DNA of 64,000 nucleotides from Candidatus Hydrogenedentota bacterium (GCA_963668025.2 CAXXTH010000006.1:1-64000); one strand, 5' to 3'; shown: positions 30,775 through 41,173, numbered from the stretch's first letter. Program-made: numbers and translations. Notes: generated from the letters alone by a model not told the origin.

Positions 30775-31596
30775 ATGATGGAATGGCAATCAGATGCGCG
30801 GGAGTATCTCGATGGATACCTCAAACAAGTGGCGGCCTTGGCGCACGCCCAGGGCGACGACCCCGAGGAGATCGTGCAAGGTTTGCGCGCCCATGTGGAA
30901 TCGGAATTGGCGGAAGCAAGCTCGCCTATCTCGCTGGACTCCGTGCGCCGGGTGGTGCTGGCGCTGGGCGCGCCGGAAGCCGTGTTCGAGTCGCCGCCGC
31001 CCGCGCCAGAAGCAGCATCAAGGAGCGAGAGCATCGTTCCATTACCATCTCTCCCTCCACCGATGGCGCAGAAACCCGTGCGGAGCAAGTCCTGCTTATT
31101 CTGGTCGTTGACCGCCCTCGTGGTGCTGGTGGTGCTGTTTTTATTGCTTCCCGTGCTTGGCATTCTCGCGGCGATTGCAGTGCCCAATCTCTTACGTACG
31201 CAAGAAGTGACTCTCGCTAAAGCCATTGCACAGGGCATCGATGCGGCGGAAGAACGGTACCGTGCGGAAAATAACATGGATCTGGATCAGGATGGTGTGG
31301 CGGATTATGCCCCTTTAGAGGAATTGGTGGATGCCAGCCTACTCGATCCGGATTTCAAGGATGGCGTGTTTAACAAATACACATTTCAGCTTGCGTTGTA
31401 TCCCAGCAAGGAATCGGGAAAGCCCGGGTACACGCTCACCATTTGGTCTGTGGACAAAGATGAGGTTCGCAATAACCGCGTCGGATATGTCCAAGAACGA
31501 AAAGACGGCATAGTTCAATTCAAGAAAGTACATTATACGGAATTGCCCGGATTTGAGAACGAGCGCGTGGATGGCGTTGTGGAGCGAGAGCAATAG
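30775..31596 (+). CDS. HAAS-like domain + TM + pilin-like domain, paralog 3 (divergent)
   Basis: Same N-terminus; type IV pilin-like helix 'GILAAIAVPNLLR'; 'DLDQDGVADY'. Confidence 0.8.
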   Translation: MMEWQSDAREYLDGYLKQVAALAHAQGDDPEEIVQGLRAHVESELAEASSPISLDSVRRVVLALGAPEAVFESPPPAPEAASRSESIVPLPSLPPPMAQKPVRSKSCLFWSLTALVVLVVLFLLLPVLGILAAIAVPNLLRTQEVTLAKAIAQGIDAAEERYRAENNMDLDQDGVADYAPLEELVDASLLDPDFKDGVFNKYTFQLALYPSKESGKPGYTLTIWSVDKDEVRNNRVGYVQERKDGIVQFKKVHYTELPGFENERVDGVVEREQ

Positions 31597-31671
31597 CAAG
31601 ACTTATTTTGGCAAGATAAGTCTTCCTGCACCCCCAAGTATTTTCATAGTAATTACTTAGAGCCCATATGG

Positions 31672-31697
31672 AGGCGGCGGCTTGCTGCCGCTTTTTT
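31672..31697 (+). terminator. Rho-independent terminator of the padR operon
   Basis: ggcggcggc/gctgccgct hairpin followed by a T run. Confidence 0.7.
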
Positions 31698-32010
31698 GTT
31701 CTCTTTTGGTTTTAGCCTGTTTTTACATGCTTCAGCTTGGCAACTCCATTTTATAAGAGACCCGTCTGTTGGCCTCGCATAAGCGGCCATGATATACTCC
31801 AATCTCATGATACGATTGGGATTGGCATGTCTATACGGGGGGAGGCGTGGTGGTTGTCCATGCAGTATGAACTGGTGTCCGTCGGGCTGGTTTCCCCAGT
31901 GGGCGCGCTGCCGTTGCGAGCCATGGATGGCGCGAATGGTGCCGCCTTGCTCGAACAAGCGCTGGCATTAATGCAATAAGCGGCCTGCGCGGCCGTGGAA
32001 AGGATGTATC

Positions 32011-32394
32011 ATGGCGTATCTGCTATTGGTGATGGGTGCGTTGTTCTTGGGGCAGCAGCCGGATTCGGGCGCGGTCGTGCAAAAGGATACGCTGTCATCT
32101 GGAAGCTCCACAACCCAGCAGTCCCAAACACCTCCCGCTGCCGTAAAAGAGACGCCGCCCGCTACGGTGAAAAAGTCGCCGCCCCCTGCCGTAAAAGGGA
32201 CGCTGCCTGCGGCGCAAAATACGGCGCAACAAGCAAAAACACCACAAACCAACGTACAAGAAATAAAGACGCAAGAACCAAAAACGGAAGAAAAAAGCCC
32301 AAGTAGTGATAGCAAACCGGCTGTGCAGCCGGAGCCACGGCCAGCCAAGAGCAAGCGCGTGGCGGTATTCTGGACCATACTCCCGGAGAATTAA
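32011..32394 (+). CDS. Small exported Pro/Thr/Lys-rich protein
   Basis: Hydrophobic N-terminus, three 8-aa repeats of PPxxVK type, AAGGA RBS; ends 4 nt before the next gene. Confidence 0.65.
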   Translation: MAYLLLVMGALFLGQQPDSGAVVQKDTLSSGSSTTQQSQTPPAAVKETPPATVKKSPPPAVKGTLPAAQNTAQQAKTPQTNVQEIKTQEPKTEEKSPSSDSKPAVQPEPRPAKSKRVAVFWTILPEN

Positions 32395-32398
32395 ACCA

Positions 32399-35300
32399 GT
32401 GCGAACTCTTTTTCACTCTGCAATGTCCTGCGTGGGAGCGGCGCTCTTATGCGCATGTGCGGCGCAGCCTGCCTGGGCCGCCGGTTTCCAGCATTTCGCC
32501 GTGGATGCGCAATTCCGTGACGCGGCGATTGATGCATCGGGGGGCATCGCATATGCCGCCGTTTACAACACGAACGAGGTGCGCCGCATCGCGCTGCCAT
32601 CAGGTGAAAACACCGGTTCTGTCCCCGTGAGCGCAGGCCCGTCAGCGGTGGCGTTAAGCGCCGATGGAACGTTGCTCGCTAGCGTGGGGCGTCTATCGGG
32701 CGAGGTGACGCTCGTGCGCGTGCCCGGCATGGAAGTGGTTGCAACCGTGCCGTGCGGCAAAGGCGCTTGCGCGGTGGCCGCCCTTCCGGGCAGTGGTTTC
32801 GCCGTAGCGAATAGTTTTAATGATGCAGTGGTGATAATCGAGCCAAGCCGCCCGGATGCTCCGGTTGTCCTATCCAATGTCGCAAGCGTGCCCATGGCCG
32901 TGGCGGCTTCCGAAACCTACCTGGCAGTCTGCACACGCGTTCCCGCTGCGGTATTGCTGTATAAGGCCGGTTCAACACAGCCGGAATTCACGTGGCCGCT
33001 CGAGGCCGAACCCCGCGCAATCGCTGCTTTGCCCCATGATCAATTCGTGGTCGCCGCCGCCAATGGGCTGGCCATTCTAGATGCCACGCATCAAAAAAAC
33101 GTTGCGTCAAACGCAACGGCTGCAATAGATATCGTAGCGGCTGGCGGCGGCATTTTCGCGCTGGCGGATGGCGCAATCGAGGAATATGATGGCAATTTGG
33201 CGTTGCTAAACAGAGAAATGGCCCCGGGCGCGCGCGTGATTGCCGCACGCGACCAAACGGTGATCGCGCTTGCGCCTGCCGATAAAACCTTGTATGCCCG
33301 GGGCGCATCCATACCCGCGCCAGTGGCGGTAGAAACACCTGCGCCTCCCGTTTTACCCGAATCCGTTGCAGCGCCGGAGCCTGCGGGTTCTCCCGAACCA
33401 GTGGTTTCACTCGAATCCGCGCCCGATGAAAAGCCTGAGCCGGCCTCTGAGGATGTTCCTGTCGCCGAGGCCGCGCCTGTGGAATCTGCTCCGGAATCGG
33501 TGCAAGAAGAGGCCGCTGCTGCTACGGATACAACGAAAACTGAAGCGGCTCCTGCTGCCGCCGATATGGCGCCCGAAGCCAGTGAAGACATTATCCCGCC
33601 GGAAGCGGATATTCCTCCGCAATTACTGGGAGGCAAAGGGGTAAGCGCGCCCGATTTTACGCATATGGCCCCGGGCTTGCCGGGATATGGCCAGCCGGAG
33701 CAGAACATCACGGAAGCGCTGACCCAAGGTTTCGGCCTGACGGGGCAAGGGCAGGGATTTGTCCAGCCGGATTGGCGGCAACCCCTGCGCGACCTCAAGG
33801 CGGAAAAGACGGAAGTCCTTGGAGCGGAAGGCCAAAGCGAGGTGCGCGCAACAGGCAATGTCCAGCTTACGCTCGATAACTCCGCGTTCCGCATGGATAG
33901 TTTCTACTGGAATCAGAAAACAGGCGAGATGTCCGCGGAAGGTGACGTGAGCGTCCGCCAGCGTGAATCCATGCTCAAGGCCAAGAGCATTTATTATACC
34001 GTGCCGCCCGAGGAGGCCGTGAAAGATGCGCCGCCCGCGCCTCTGGCTTCGGGTGAAGCCTTGGCTCCTGAACAGGCCAAAGCGAAGAAACGGCTTTCGC
34101 AAGGCCGCCTCATCGCCCATGACATTGTCCTCACGGAACCCTTCCGGCAAGTAAAAGCGGATCTCCTCGAATACGATTTCGCCACCGAAACGGGCCGGCT
34201 CGTGAACCCCACGGGCACTGTGCTGGGCAATATGAGCGGCAATACGGTCGCGGTTTATTTCGGTGCGGCGGACATTATTTTCTCTGGCCCCAAAAGCGTC
34301 GAGGTGAACCAGTTGTGGCTTACGCCATGTAACACAGAGCCGACGCCCTTTCGCTTGCTGATCAACAAAGCTTCCATGGAGCAAGGAAAAATGGTGCGCG
34401 GCACGGGTGCGCGCCTCCAAGTAGGAAAATTCAAGACGCCGCTCTACTGGCCAAGATGGTCATATGAGGTCGGCCAAAGCCAAACCTTAGGCTTCGATTT
34501 TGACAGTGGGCGCGGCGCGGATATCGGCTACTTTATTAATTTTGGACAGCGGTTCTCCGTGAATCCTAATTTTAACCTCGGCTACCGGCTCTATCCGACA
34601 GAGAAAGAAGGCGTTGGCCTTGGATTTGAAGGCAGCTACGATTTCATGAAAACGCCATCATCGCCCCTGTTTCGCGGTAAAGGCGATTTTAAGGTCATGG
34701 GCACCACGAAAGACAGCGGATATGTCCAGGCATATCACCGCCAGGAAATAAATGACAACACCGTGATGCTGGCGCAATGGGAACGCTGGTTCAAGGAAGA
34801 TTTCGTCAAGAATTTCTATTATGACGAATACCACAACCGCACGGAACCGCGCTCCTTTGTGAATGTGACATATACGAAGCCGGATTATATCGCCACAGCG
34901 ACGGTCCGGCCGAATTCCAATGGATTTGTCTCTGAGACGGAACGACTGCCCGAGGCGGCCTTCCATATGCTCGATCGCCCGCTTTTCGGCAGGCTCTACC
35001 TCTCGTACGACACCATAAACGGTTATAACGAGCGCGAGCCGTACGGATACCATTCGGTGCGGTCCGTCAACGTAGGCCGCCTTACGCTGGATACGGACTT
35101 ATCGGAAGCTTTCAGTGTGACGCCATTTGTGGAAGCCGAGGGCACCTATTACTCGAATGTGAATCGCACGTCTTTCGAGAGCGGCGACGAAGATGATTTC
35201 CGCTTCTCGACGAACACGGGCGTTACAGCGCAGACCCGTTTTCACCGGGCGTATGACGGCCGTTGGGGATTCTCCGGCTTCAAACACATCATCGTTCCCT

Positions 35301-36055
35301 CCATTACATATTCGTACCGCCCCGAGCCCACCATGAGCGTCATGGAGACGCCGCGGTTCGACGCGTATGACGATGTGTACGGCCGCAGCCGCATCGAAAC
35401 GAAAATCGATAATTTGTTATACGGCCGGGACGCCGTAACCAAGCAAGTGTGGCAGGTGGCCCGCCTCACGCTTTACCAGGGCAACGATACCTGGAATGAA
35501 ATCCGGAAAGCCGAAGATTACGAAATCGAGATGGATTTGCGCCCGCGCCCATGGTGGGGCCTGCAAATGGTGGCGGAACGCCATATCGCCAGCGATGAAT
35601 TGGCTGATGACGCGCCCTACGGCAACGCCTTGCGCTGGCTCGAGTTCGCCGAAGACGTGGTGGGCAGGCCCGTCGATCCCGATCTGCTCTATCGGTTTAA
35701 CGCCCAATATGGCAGTTTCGACCGCGTATTAGGCTATGTTTATTATGATGACACCGTATTCAGCGGCGGCCGTTTCAATGGCCGGATAGGCTTCGCCTAT
35801 ACCAAGACACGCAATCAAGTGTACAACCGCGAAATCTTATACGGCATGGGCTACCGGCTCAGTGATGAATGGTCGGTGGCATTCGAACACCGCTATGATT
35901 TCGAGCGCAATGATTTGTACCGGCAGCAGTATGAAGTCCGCCGTAAATGGCGCTGCTGGGAAACAGCCTTAACTTTCCGGGAACGCAGGCAAGGATGGGA
36001 TATCGGGTTTGAAATGAGCCTCGCCGCCTTCCCCGGCACACGGCTGAAGTTCTAG
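32399..36055 (+). CDS. lptD: LptD-like outer-membrane protein with N-terminal YVTN/YncE-like beta-propeller
   Basis: Signal peptide; 'GPSAVALSADGTLL' propeller repeats; Pro/Glu/Ala linker; OstA-like 'ATGNVQL...AEGDVSVRQ'; barrel motifs 'ERLPE', 'KHIIVPSITYSYRP'; terminal Phe. Start is GTG 32399 or ATG 32423. Confidence 0.75.
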   Translation: MRTLFHSAMSCVGAALLCACAAQPAWAAGFQHFAVDAQFRDAAIDASGGIAYAAVYNTNEVRRIALPSGENTGSVPVSAGPSAVALSADGTLLASVGRLSGEVTLVRVPGMEVVATVPCGKGACAVAALPGSGFAVANSFNDAVVIIEPSRPDAPVVLSNVASVPMAVAASETYLAVCTRVPAAVLLYKAGSTQPEFTWPLEAEPRAIAALPHDQFVVAAANGLAILDATHQKNVASNATAAIDIVAAGGGIFALADGAIEEYDGNLALLNREMAPGARVIAARDQTVIALAPADKTLYARGASIPAPVAVETPAPPVLPESVAAPEPAGSPEPVVSLESAPDEKPEPASEDVPVAEAAPVESAPESVQEEAAAATDTTKTEAAPAAADMAPEASEDIIPPEADIPPQLLGGKGVSAPDFTHMAPGLPGYGQPEQNITEALTQGFGLTGQGQGFVQPDWRQPLRDLKAEKTEVLGAEGQSEVRATGNVQLTLDNSAFRMDSFYWNQKTGEMSAEGDVSVRQRESMLKAKSIYYTVPPEEAVKDAPPAPLASGEALAPEQAKAKKRLSQGRLIAHDIVLTEPFRQVKADLLEYDFATETGRLVNPTGTVLGNMSGNTVAVYFGAADIIFSGPKSVEVNQLWLTPCNTEPTPFRLLINKASMEQGKMVRGTGARLQVGKFKTPLYWPRWSYEVGQSQTLGFDFDSGRGADIGYFINFGQRFSVNPNFNLGYRLYPTEKEGVGLGFEGSYDFMKTPSSPLFRGKGDFKVMGTTKDSGYVQAYHRQEINDNTVMLAQWERWFKEDFVKNFYYDEYHNRTEPRSFVNVTYTKPDYIATATVRPNSNGFVSETERLPEAAFHMLDRPLFGRLYLSYDTINGYNEREPYGYHSVRSVNVGRLTLDTDLSEAFSVTPFVEAEGTYYSNVNRTSFESGDEDDFRFSTNTGVTAQTRFHRAYDGRWGFSGFKHIIVPSITYSYRPEPTMSVMETPRFDAYDDVYGRSRIETKIDNLLYGRDAVTKQVWQVARLTLYQGNDTWNEIRKAEDYEIEMDLRPRPWWGLQMVAERHIASDELADDAPYGNALRWLEFAEDVVGRPVDPDLLYRFNAQYGSFDRVLGYVYYDDTVFSGGRFNGRIGFAYTKTRNQVYNREILYGMGYRLSDEWSVAFEHRYDFERNDLYRQQYEVRRKWRCWETALTFRERRQGWDIGFEMSLAAFPGTRLKF

Positions 36056-36225
36056 GCCTCAGAAGCGCAAGTAGTATGATGCCTGTCTGCCTTCCTGTAT
36101 AGAAGGCCCAGGAGCTGTTGCGCACAATTTGTTCGCTGCGGAGAACGCGCCGCTGGTGTGGTGCGTTCTACTTGCGCAGACCGTATGCGAACAGTATGGA
36201 GAAGCCCCATGCGCAAGGAATCTAT

Positions 36226-37410
36226 ATGCGAGTCCAATTAAAGACCCACATCGAGCATCTTCTCCCATCTATCATCGAATTACGCCACGAATTACATCAA
36301 CACCCTGAAATACGCTTTCAAGAGGTGTGGACCTCGGGGCGCATCGCCCAGTTTCTCGACAATATTGGCGTTTCCTATCAGCGCGGCTATGCCGGAGGCA
36401 CGGGCATTGCCGCCACGATAAGAGGCGGTCCTGGCCGCACCATCGCGTTGCGCGCGGATATGGACGCCCTCGAGATTCAAGAGGAAACCGGGCTGCCCTA
36501 TGCCTCTCAGATCCCAAACCGCATGCATGCCTGCGGGCATGACGGCCATTCGGCCATCCTCTGCGGTGTGGCGCGCGTGCTTCAAGAATGGCGGGACGAA
36601 TTGCATGGCACAGTCAAGCTCCTCTTTCAGCCAGGCGAAGAGACCGCGGCAGGCGGACGCTTGATTGTGGAAGAGGGCCTGCTCGATGATGTGGACGCGG
36701 TCTTCGCCCTGCATGGCTGGCCCAGCATTCCACTGGGGCGGATTGCCGTAAAAAGCGGCTGGCTCATGGCGGGTGCTCGTGATTTCCATATTACGGTGCG
36801 CGGGAAAGGATGCCATGGGGCGGATCCTGCTTCTGGGGTAGATCCCATTGTCGCCGCTTCCCATATCGTGCTCGCTCTGCAAACGATCGTGAGCCGCGAA
36901 GTGGACCCCTGGGAGACCGGCGTGGTGACGGTTGGCGTGTTCCAAGCAGGACAGGCCACGAATATCATCCCTGAAACCGCCATCCTTCGCGGAACGATGC
37001 GCAGCTTGAATCCAGCGGTTCTTGATCATATCGCGGATGCCGTGCGCCGTGTCGCGGAGCAAACCGCCCAGACATTCCGCGCCGCCGCCACGATGCAATT
37101 GGGTTCGATTCCGTATCCGCCGCTCTATAACGACCCGGGCATGACGCAATTCCTGCGCGAAACGGTGGAAGAAGTGTTGGGGCCCGAACACCTCATGGAA
37201 CTCGAACATCCCAACATGGCGGCGGAAGACTTTGCGTTTTACCTTCAAAAGAAGCCGGGAGCCATTTTCTATGTGGGGGTGAATCCGAATCCAACGGAAG
37301 CCTATCCGTTGCTTCATAATCCGCGGTATGACTTCACGGACGCCGCGCTTGCGCCTGCCATCCAGACCATGGCGGGTTTGGCCTTACGCTTCTTGCATAG
37401 CCCGTCTTAA
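36226..37410 (+). CDS. M20D family amidohydrolase
   Basis: 'LHQHPE', 'LRADMDAL', 'MHACGHDGH', 'FQPGEE', 'AEDFAFY', 'LHNPRYDF'. Confidence 0.95.
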   Translation: MRVQLKTHIEHLLPSIIELRHELHQHPEIRFQEVWTSGRIAQFLDNIGVSYQRGYAGGTGIAATIRGGPGRTIALRADMDALEIQEETGLPYASQIPNRMHACGHDGHSAILCGVARVLQEWRDELHGTVKLLFQPGEETAAGGRLIVEEGLLDDVDAVFALHGWPSIPLGRIAVKSGWLMAGARDFHITVRGKGCHGADPASGVDPIVAASHIVLALQTIVSREVDPWETGVVTVGVFQAGQATNIIPETAILRGTMRSLNPAVLDHIADAVRRVAEQTAQTFRAAATMQLGSIPYPPLYNDPGMTQFLRETVEEVLGPEHLMELEHPNMAAEDFAFYLQKKPGAIFYVGVNPNPTEAYPLLHNPRYDFTDAALAPAIQTMAGLALRFLHSPS

Positions 37411-37472
37411 CCTATGCGCAGGCTGGAGGGCCATGCTCTCCAGCCTGCGATCCCGGTTAGCCCGTCTTCCCA

Positions 37473-37673
37473 TTATTGCCCAGGCGCAGCGCGCTCCGCG
37501 CCATCATCTTGCTGGGCTGTTTCACGGCGGCGCTGCATCACGGCTTGATTGAGCACAAACTCGATCTGCCCATTCACACTGCGAAACTCGACCGCCGCCC
37601 ATGCCTGTATTTCCTCGAACAAGCGGGCGTCGATGCGCAGTAAATATTCTTTCTTTCGTGCCATGAGATCCAT
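37473..37673 (-). CDS. Arc-like ribbon-helix-helix protein
   Basis: 'KKEYLLRIDARLFEEIQAWAAVEFRSVNGQIEFVL'; common partner of this SPFH subfamily. Confidence 0.85.
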   Translation of the reverse strand: MDLMARKKEYLLRIDARLFEEIQAWAAVEFRSVNGQIEFVLNQAVMQRRRETAQQDDGAERAAPGQ

Positions 37674-37695
37674 CTTTATCGAAGCCGCATGACCG

Positions 37696-38652
37696 TTAAT
37701 GATACAAGGTGCCCGTGTTGATTACAGGCTCCACATCGCGGTCCCCGCACAGGACCACGAGCAAATTGCTGACCATGGCGGCTTTCCGTTCATCGTCGAA
37801 TTCGAGCACATGCCGGTTGGATAGTTCCTCCAAAGCCATTTCCACCATGCTCACTGCGCCTTGGACGATCTTCTGCCGCGCGGCGATAATCGCTTCCGCC
37901 TGCTGGCGGCGCAGCATGGCGCCCGCGATCTCGGTGGAATACGCCAAGTGGGTGAGGCGCGCCTCTTCGACTACGACGCCCGCTTTGTCCAGCCGGGCCT
38001 GCAATTCTTGCTGCAATGCGTTGCTGATGGCCTCCGTGCCGTCCCGAAGCGTGATTTCGTCGCCGGTGTCGTTGCCGCCATGATCATACGGATAACAATT
38101 GGCGAGATGGCGGACCGCCGTTTCGCTCTGCACGCGCACATAATTACGGTAATCATCCACATCGAACATGGCTTGCGCCGTATTGCGCACATACCAGACC
38201 ACCACCGCGCCAATATCGATGGGATTGCCACGCAAGTCGTTTACTTTCAACGTCTGGGTCTCAAAATTCCGCGCCCGCAATGATATGCGGTAGCCATTGG
38301 GCCTGCTCACCCATTGTTGTTTGCCTGGCGTATCCGGTGAAGCCTCGATGGCTATGGAGCCATGGTGAACGCTAAACGGATTGGCCCAATGAAAACCTTC
38401 CTCCCGGACCGTCCCCACGTATTTGCCAAACAACACGAGCACTTGCGCCTCATTGGGCTGCAATGTAAAAAAGCCTATAGTCATCAATATCGCAAATGGC
38501 CCCAATAACACGAGGAAAACAATGAGGCCTGCCGAAGCCACACTCTGAATGATCATGAACCCGATCAACGCGGGTATAACCAGCCACAACAGAATAATCA
38601 ATGGCAACATCACCCACCCGCTCATTACTTGCTGTTCTCGTTCCGGCGTCAT
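37696..38652 (-). CDS. SPFH/Band-7 domain protein
   Basis: Two TM helices, 'LKVNDLRGNPIDI', 'HLAYSTEIAGAMLRRQQA'. Confidence 0.92.
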   Translation of the reverse strand: MTPEREQQVMSGWVMLPLIILLWLVIPALIGFMIIQSVASAGLIVFLVLLGPFAILMTIGFFTLQPNEAQVLVLFGKYVGTVREEGFHWANPFSVHHGSIAIEASPDTPGKQQWVSRPNGYRISLRARNFETQTLKVNDLRGNPIDIGAVVVWYVRNTAQAMFDVDDYRNYVRVQSETAVRHLANCYPYDHGGNDTGDEITLRDGTEAISNALQQELQARLDKAGVVVEEARLTHLAYSTEIAGAMLRRQQAEAIIAARQKIVQGAVSMVEMALEELSNRHVLEFDDERKAAMVSNLLVVLCGDRDVEPVINTGTLYH

Positions 38653-39043
38653 GGCGCAATCCTCCTGTTTGCCTGCATCTGATTATGGCAGGCCTATCAA
38701 TTTCTATCTTTATGATATCATATTCATATCCATTATGCAAGGTTCCATTCCCCAAATCCCCAAATCGCCGGATAAGGTTGTTGCATCTCATTTGATATCG
38801 TACAATCCGATATAGGTGATCATTTTAACGCACAAGGCGCGAAGAACGCGGAGGTCTGCAAAGTAGAAATGATGTACTCCCGAACAATTTCTTCGCATAT
38901 TCAAAAATGAATTATATGAACGGAAATAGAGAGAAGTGTATTCTCTGTACTACTATATGGCAAGACGTTGTTTTCTTGCAACGATTTTGCATATAACACA
39001 AATCATATCAAATAGTTACGGAATATGATTTTTATGTGCCGTT

Positions 39044-39159
39044 GTAGGAGCGTGTTGCACGCGCCCTCTCCTTTCTCGCATGGGCGAGACGCCCATGCCA
39101 GGGGAGTTGCAAAAACATGGTAGAGGATATATTCGCGTTCATTCGCGTCCATTCGCGGT
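39044..39159. repeat. Mosaic of small repeat elements
   Basis: GTAG hairpin 39044-39067, half family-A REP 39078-39098, and ATTCGCG three times at 10-nt period 39131-39159. Confidence 0.65.
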
Positions 39160-39208
39160 AAAAAAACGAATATTATCTTAACAAATAAAATACCTGCTGC
39201 GGGTTTGC

Positions 39209-41030
39209 GAGGCATTTGCGAAATAGCGTGGTTTGCGAACGCGCGGACGGTGCGGGCACACGCGGAGCGGTTTTCGCCTGTGGCAATGGGATTACGCCTC
39301 CGCTACGGGTGCAATAAATCATGCAGGAGGTTCGCGTGTAGGACCCTTGCGGCCCGAATGGGCATGGTTTGCCCTTGATTCGGGCCATCATTGCTTGTGC
39401 GGATTCGATGTGATCTATGCGGCGCGGGGCTGTCCGAGGAGCGAGCGCATGCGTTCTGCCTGGCCGGCTTCGAGCCATCCCAGGGCCATGCCGAGCATGA
39501 CGAGGAGGGCTAATCCGGTGCGGGCGCGCATCTTTTTCATACCGCGGATGTAGTGGCGCTCGAATCCGTATGCGCCGTCGAGTCGGCTGTTGACTCGCTC
39601 GATGGCGGTGCGGTGTTTGTATTCGCGGCGCCAGGATTTGGCGCTGCGGGGCAGGGGGGTAAAGATGCGCCGGTCGATAGCGATGGGCACGCGGACAATC
39701 CGTCCGTGTTCGGGCTGGCATCCTTGGTTGCAGAGGTCTTGCTGGGTACAGGCGCTCCCGCGTGCCTTGGCTGGGCAACGGTATTTCAAGGTTCCCCGAT
39801 CTTGCTCGAATCCTTGGTAGGCCATGGAATCATAGTTGTCGCGTTCGTTTGGGGCGCCGTTACGACACCGGCAGAGGACTTCACCTCGTTCGGTATGGAA
39901 GATCGTGTCTACCCGTTCGGGATATAAAGGGCGGGGCCGTTCCGGTTCTTCTTTCCAGGTCGCCCGGATGTCCACGATGGGCCGGATTTCATGTTCCTCG
40001 AAGAGGCCCTTGTTGTTGGCTTCGGAATCATAGCCCTTGTCGGCGCTGAGGTACTCGGCGCGTTGGACGAGTTCGGGGTGGCGCGCGTCGAGAGCCGCCA
40101 CGAGGGGCAGCAGAAAGGGCGAGTCGTTGGCGCTGGCTTTCGTGACCGCGTAGCCCAGCGGCAATTCATATTTCGTGTCCACGATGAGGTGCAGCTTGTA
40201 GCCGAACCACCGTTTGACCTTCTCCCAGGGCGTGCCGTCCTTGTGAACGCCCTTGTAGGTTTTCGTGCCCCAGTCTGCGTCGCGGTCGCGCCGCCCGTCC
40301 GGCTCTTCGTTTTCCAGGACCGCGTCTTTGCGCGGAGGCTTGGCGTGGGTTTGGATGGCTTTCGAGTCTACGGCCAGACGCACCCCGAGATCCGGCAAGC
40401 GTTCCATCAGCCGGACGATGAGCGCGTCGAACATCCGGTCCACTTCTTTCCAGTGGCGCAGTAATCTGGCGAAGAACCGCGTGTACACCCATTCGGGCGG
40501 GACCGCCTTGGCGCCCCGCAACACGTCGAATCCGCACAACTGGCGCAATTGCCCGTTTCGGGCTAGTTCGCGGCGCAGGCTTTCGACGCCGTCGTGCTGG
40601 AAGACGATCCCCGCCAGTATGCTGTTCCACATCGCGCGGATAGGATAATCGTCGCGCCGCCCCTTGCGTTCGGCTTCCATCGCCCGCATCAAATCTTCAT
40701 CCGGCAGCGCCGCCAGCAACAGGTTCAGCCGATCCAGATCCGACGCCGCGTCGACCTGGTTCCACGAGAACAACCCCATTTGGTGTATAATGGCCATCGC
40801 AAACGTCTCCTTGGTGTGTGCGTGGTTATGTGGTCAACTATACTACAATCACACACGGGAGACGTTACGCCTTTTCCCGCTCGCCGAGGGCATTTGGGGT
40901 GATTTTTCACAAAAAATCCTTATTCATGCCCCCGCCAAGCCCCTTTCCCCGCATTCTCCGGGGTAGGCGCCAATTCCGCCGCTTTGTAAACCCTTGTCAA
41001 TACGGATTTTCTTTATTTCGCAAATGCCTC
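39209..41030 (-). mobile_element. Intact insertion sequence (IS1182/IS5-like DDE), 1822 bp
   Basis: Perfect 17-bp TIRs GAGGCATTTGCGAAATA (39209-39225) and TATTTCGCAAATGCCTC (41014-41030); flanking direct repeat GTTTGC at 39203-39208 and 41031-41036. Confidence 0.93.
39415..40797 (-). CDS. DDE transposase
   Basis: 'LAVDSK', 'WFGYKLHL', 'SADKGYD', 'YKHRTAIERVNSRL'. Confidence 0.95.
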   Translation of the reverse strand: MAIIHQMGLFSWNQVDAASDLDRLNLLLAALPDEDLMRAMEAERKGRRDDYPIRAMWNSILAGIVFQHDGVESLRRELARNGQLRQLCGFDVLRGAKAVPPEWVYTRFFARLLRHWKEVDRMFDALIVRLMERLPDLGVRLAVDSKAIQTHAKPPRKDAVLENEEPDGRRDRDADWGTKTYKGVHKDGTPWEKVKRWFGYKLHLIVDTKYELPLGYAVTKASANDSPFLLPLVAALDARHPELVQRAEYLSADKGYDSEANNKGLFEEHEIRPIVDIRATWKEEPERPRPLYPERVDTIFHTERGEVLCRCRNGAPNERDNYDSMAYQGFEQDRGTLKYRCPAKARGSACTQQDLCNQGCQPEHGRIVRVPIAIDRRIFTPLPRSAKSWRREYKHRTAIERVNSRLDGAYGFERHYIRGMKKMRARTGLALLVMLGMALGWLEAGQAERMRSLLGQPRAA

Positions 41031-41173
41031 GTTTGCTATACTGGCTTGTCCCAGCGCAAGGGAAGGTGTATCATGCGGTTCCGTCTTTGCTTATGAACGG
41101 AGCGGAGCCCAATACGAGGGGTCGCAGCATAGGCAAGAGCGCATGTATCAGGCGTATTGCTAAGGATTCTAGA

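Noticed and set aside
31737-31979. Small ORFs between the padR operon and 32011
   Set aside because: Competing short frames with no recognisable motif; I cannot tell which, if any, is real.
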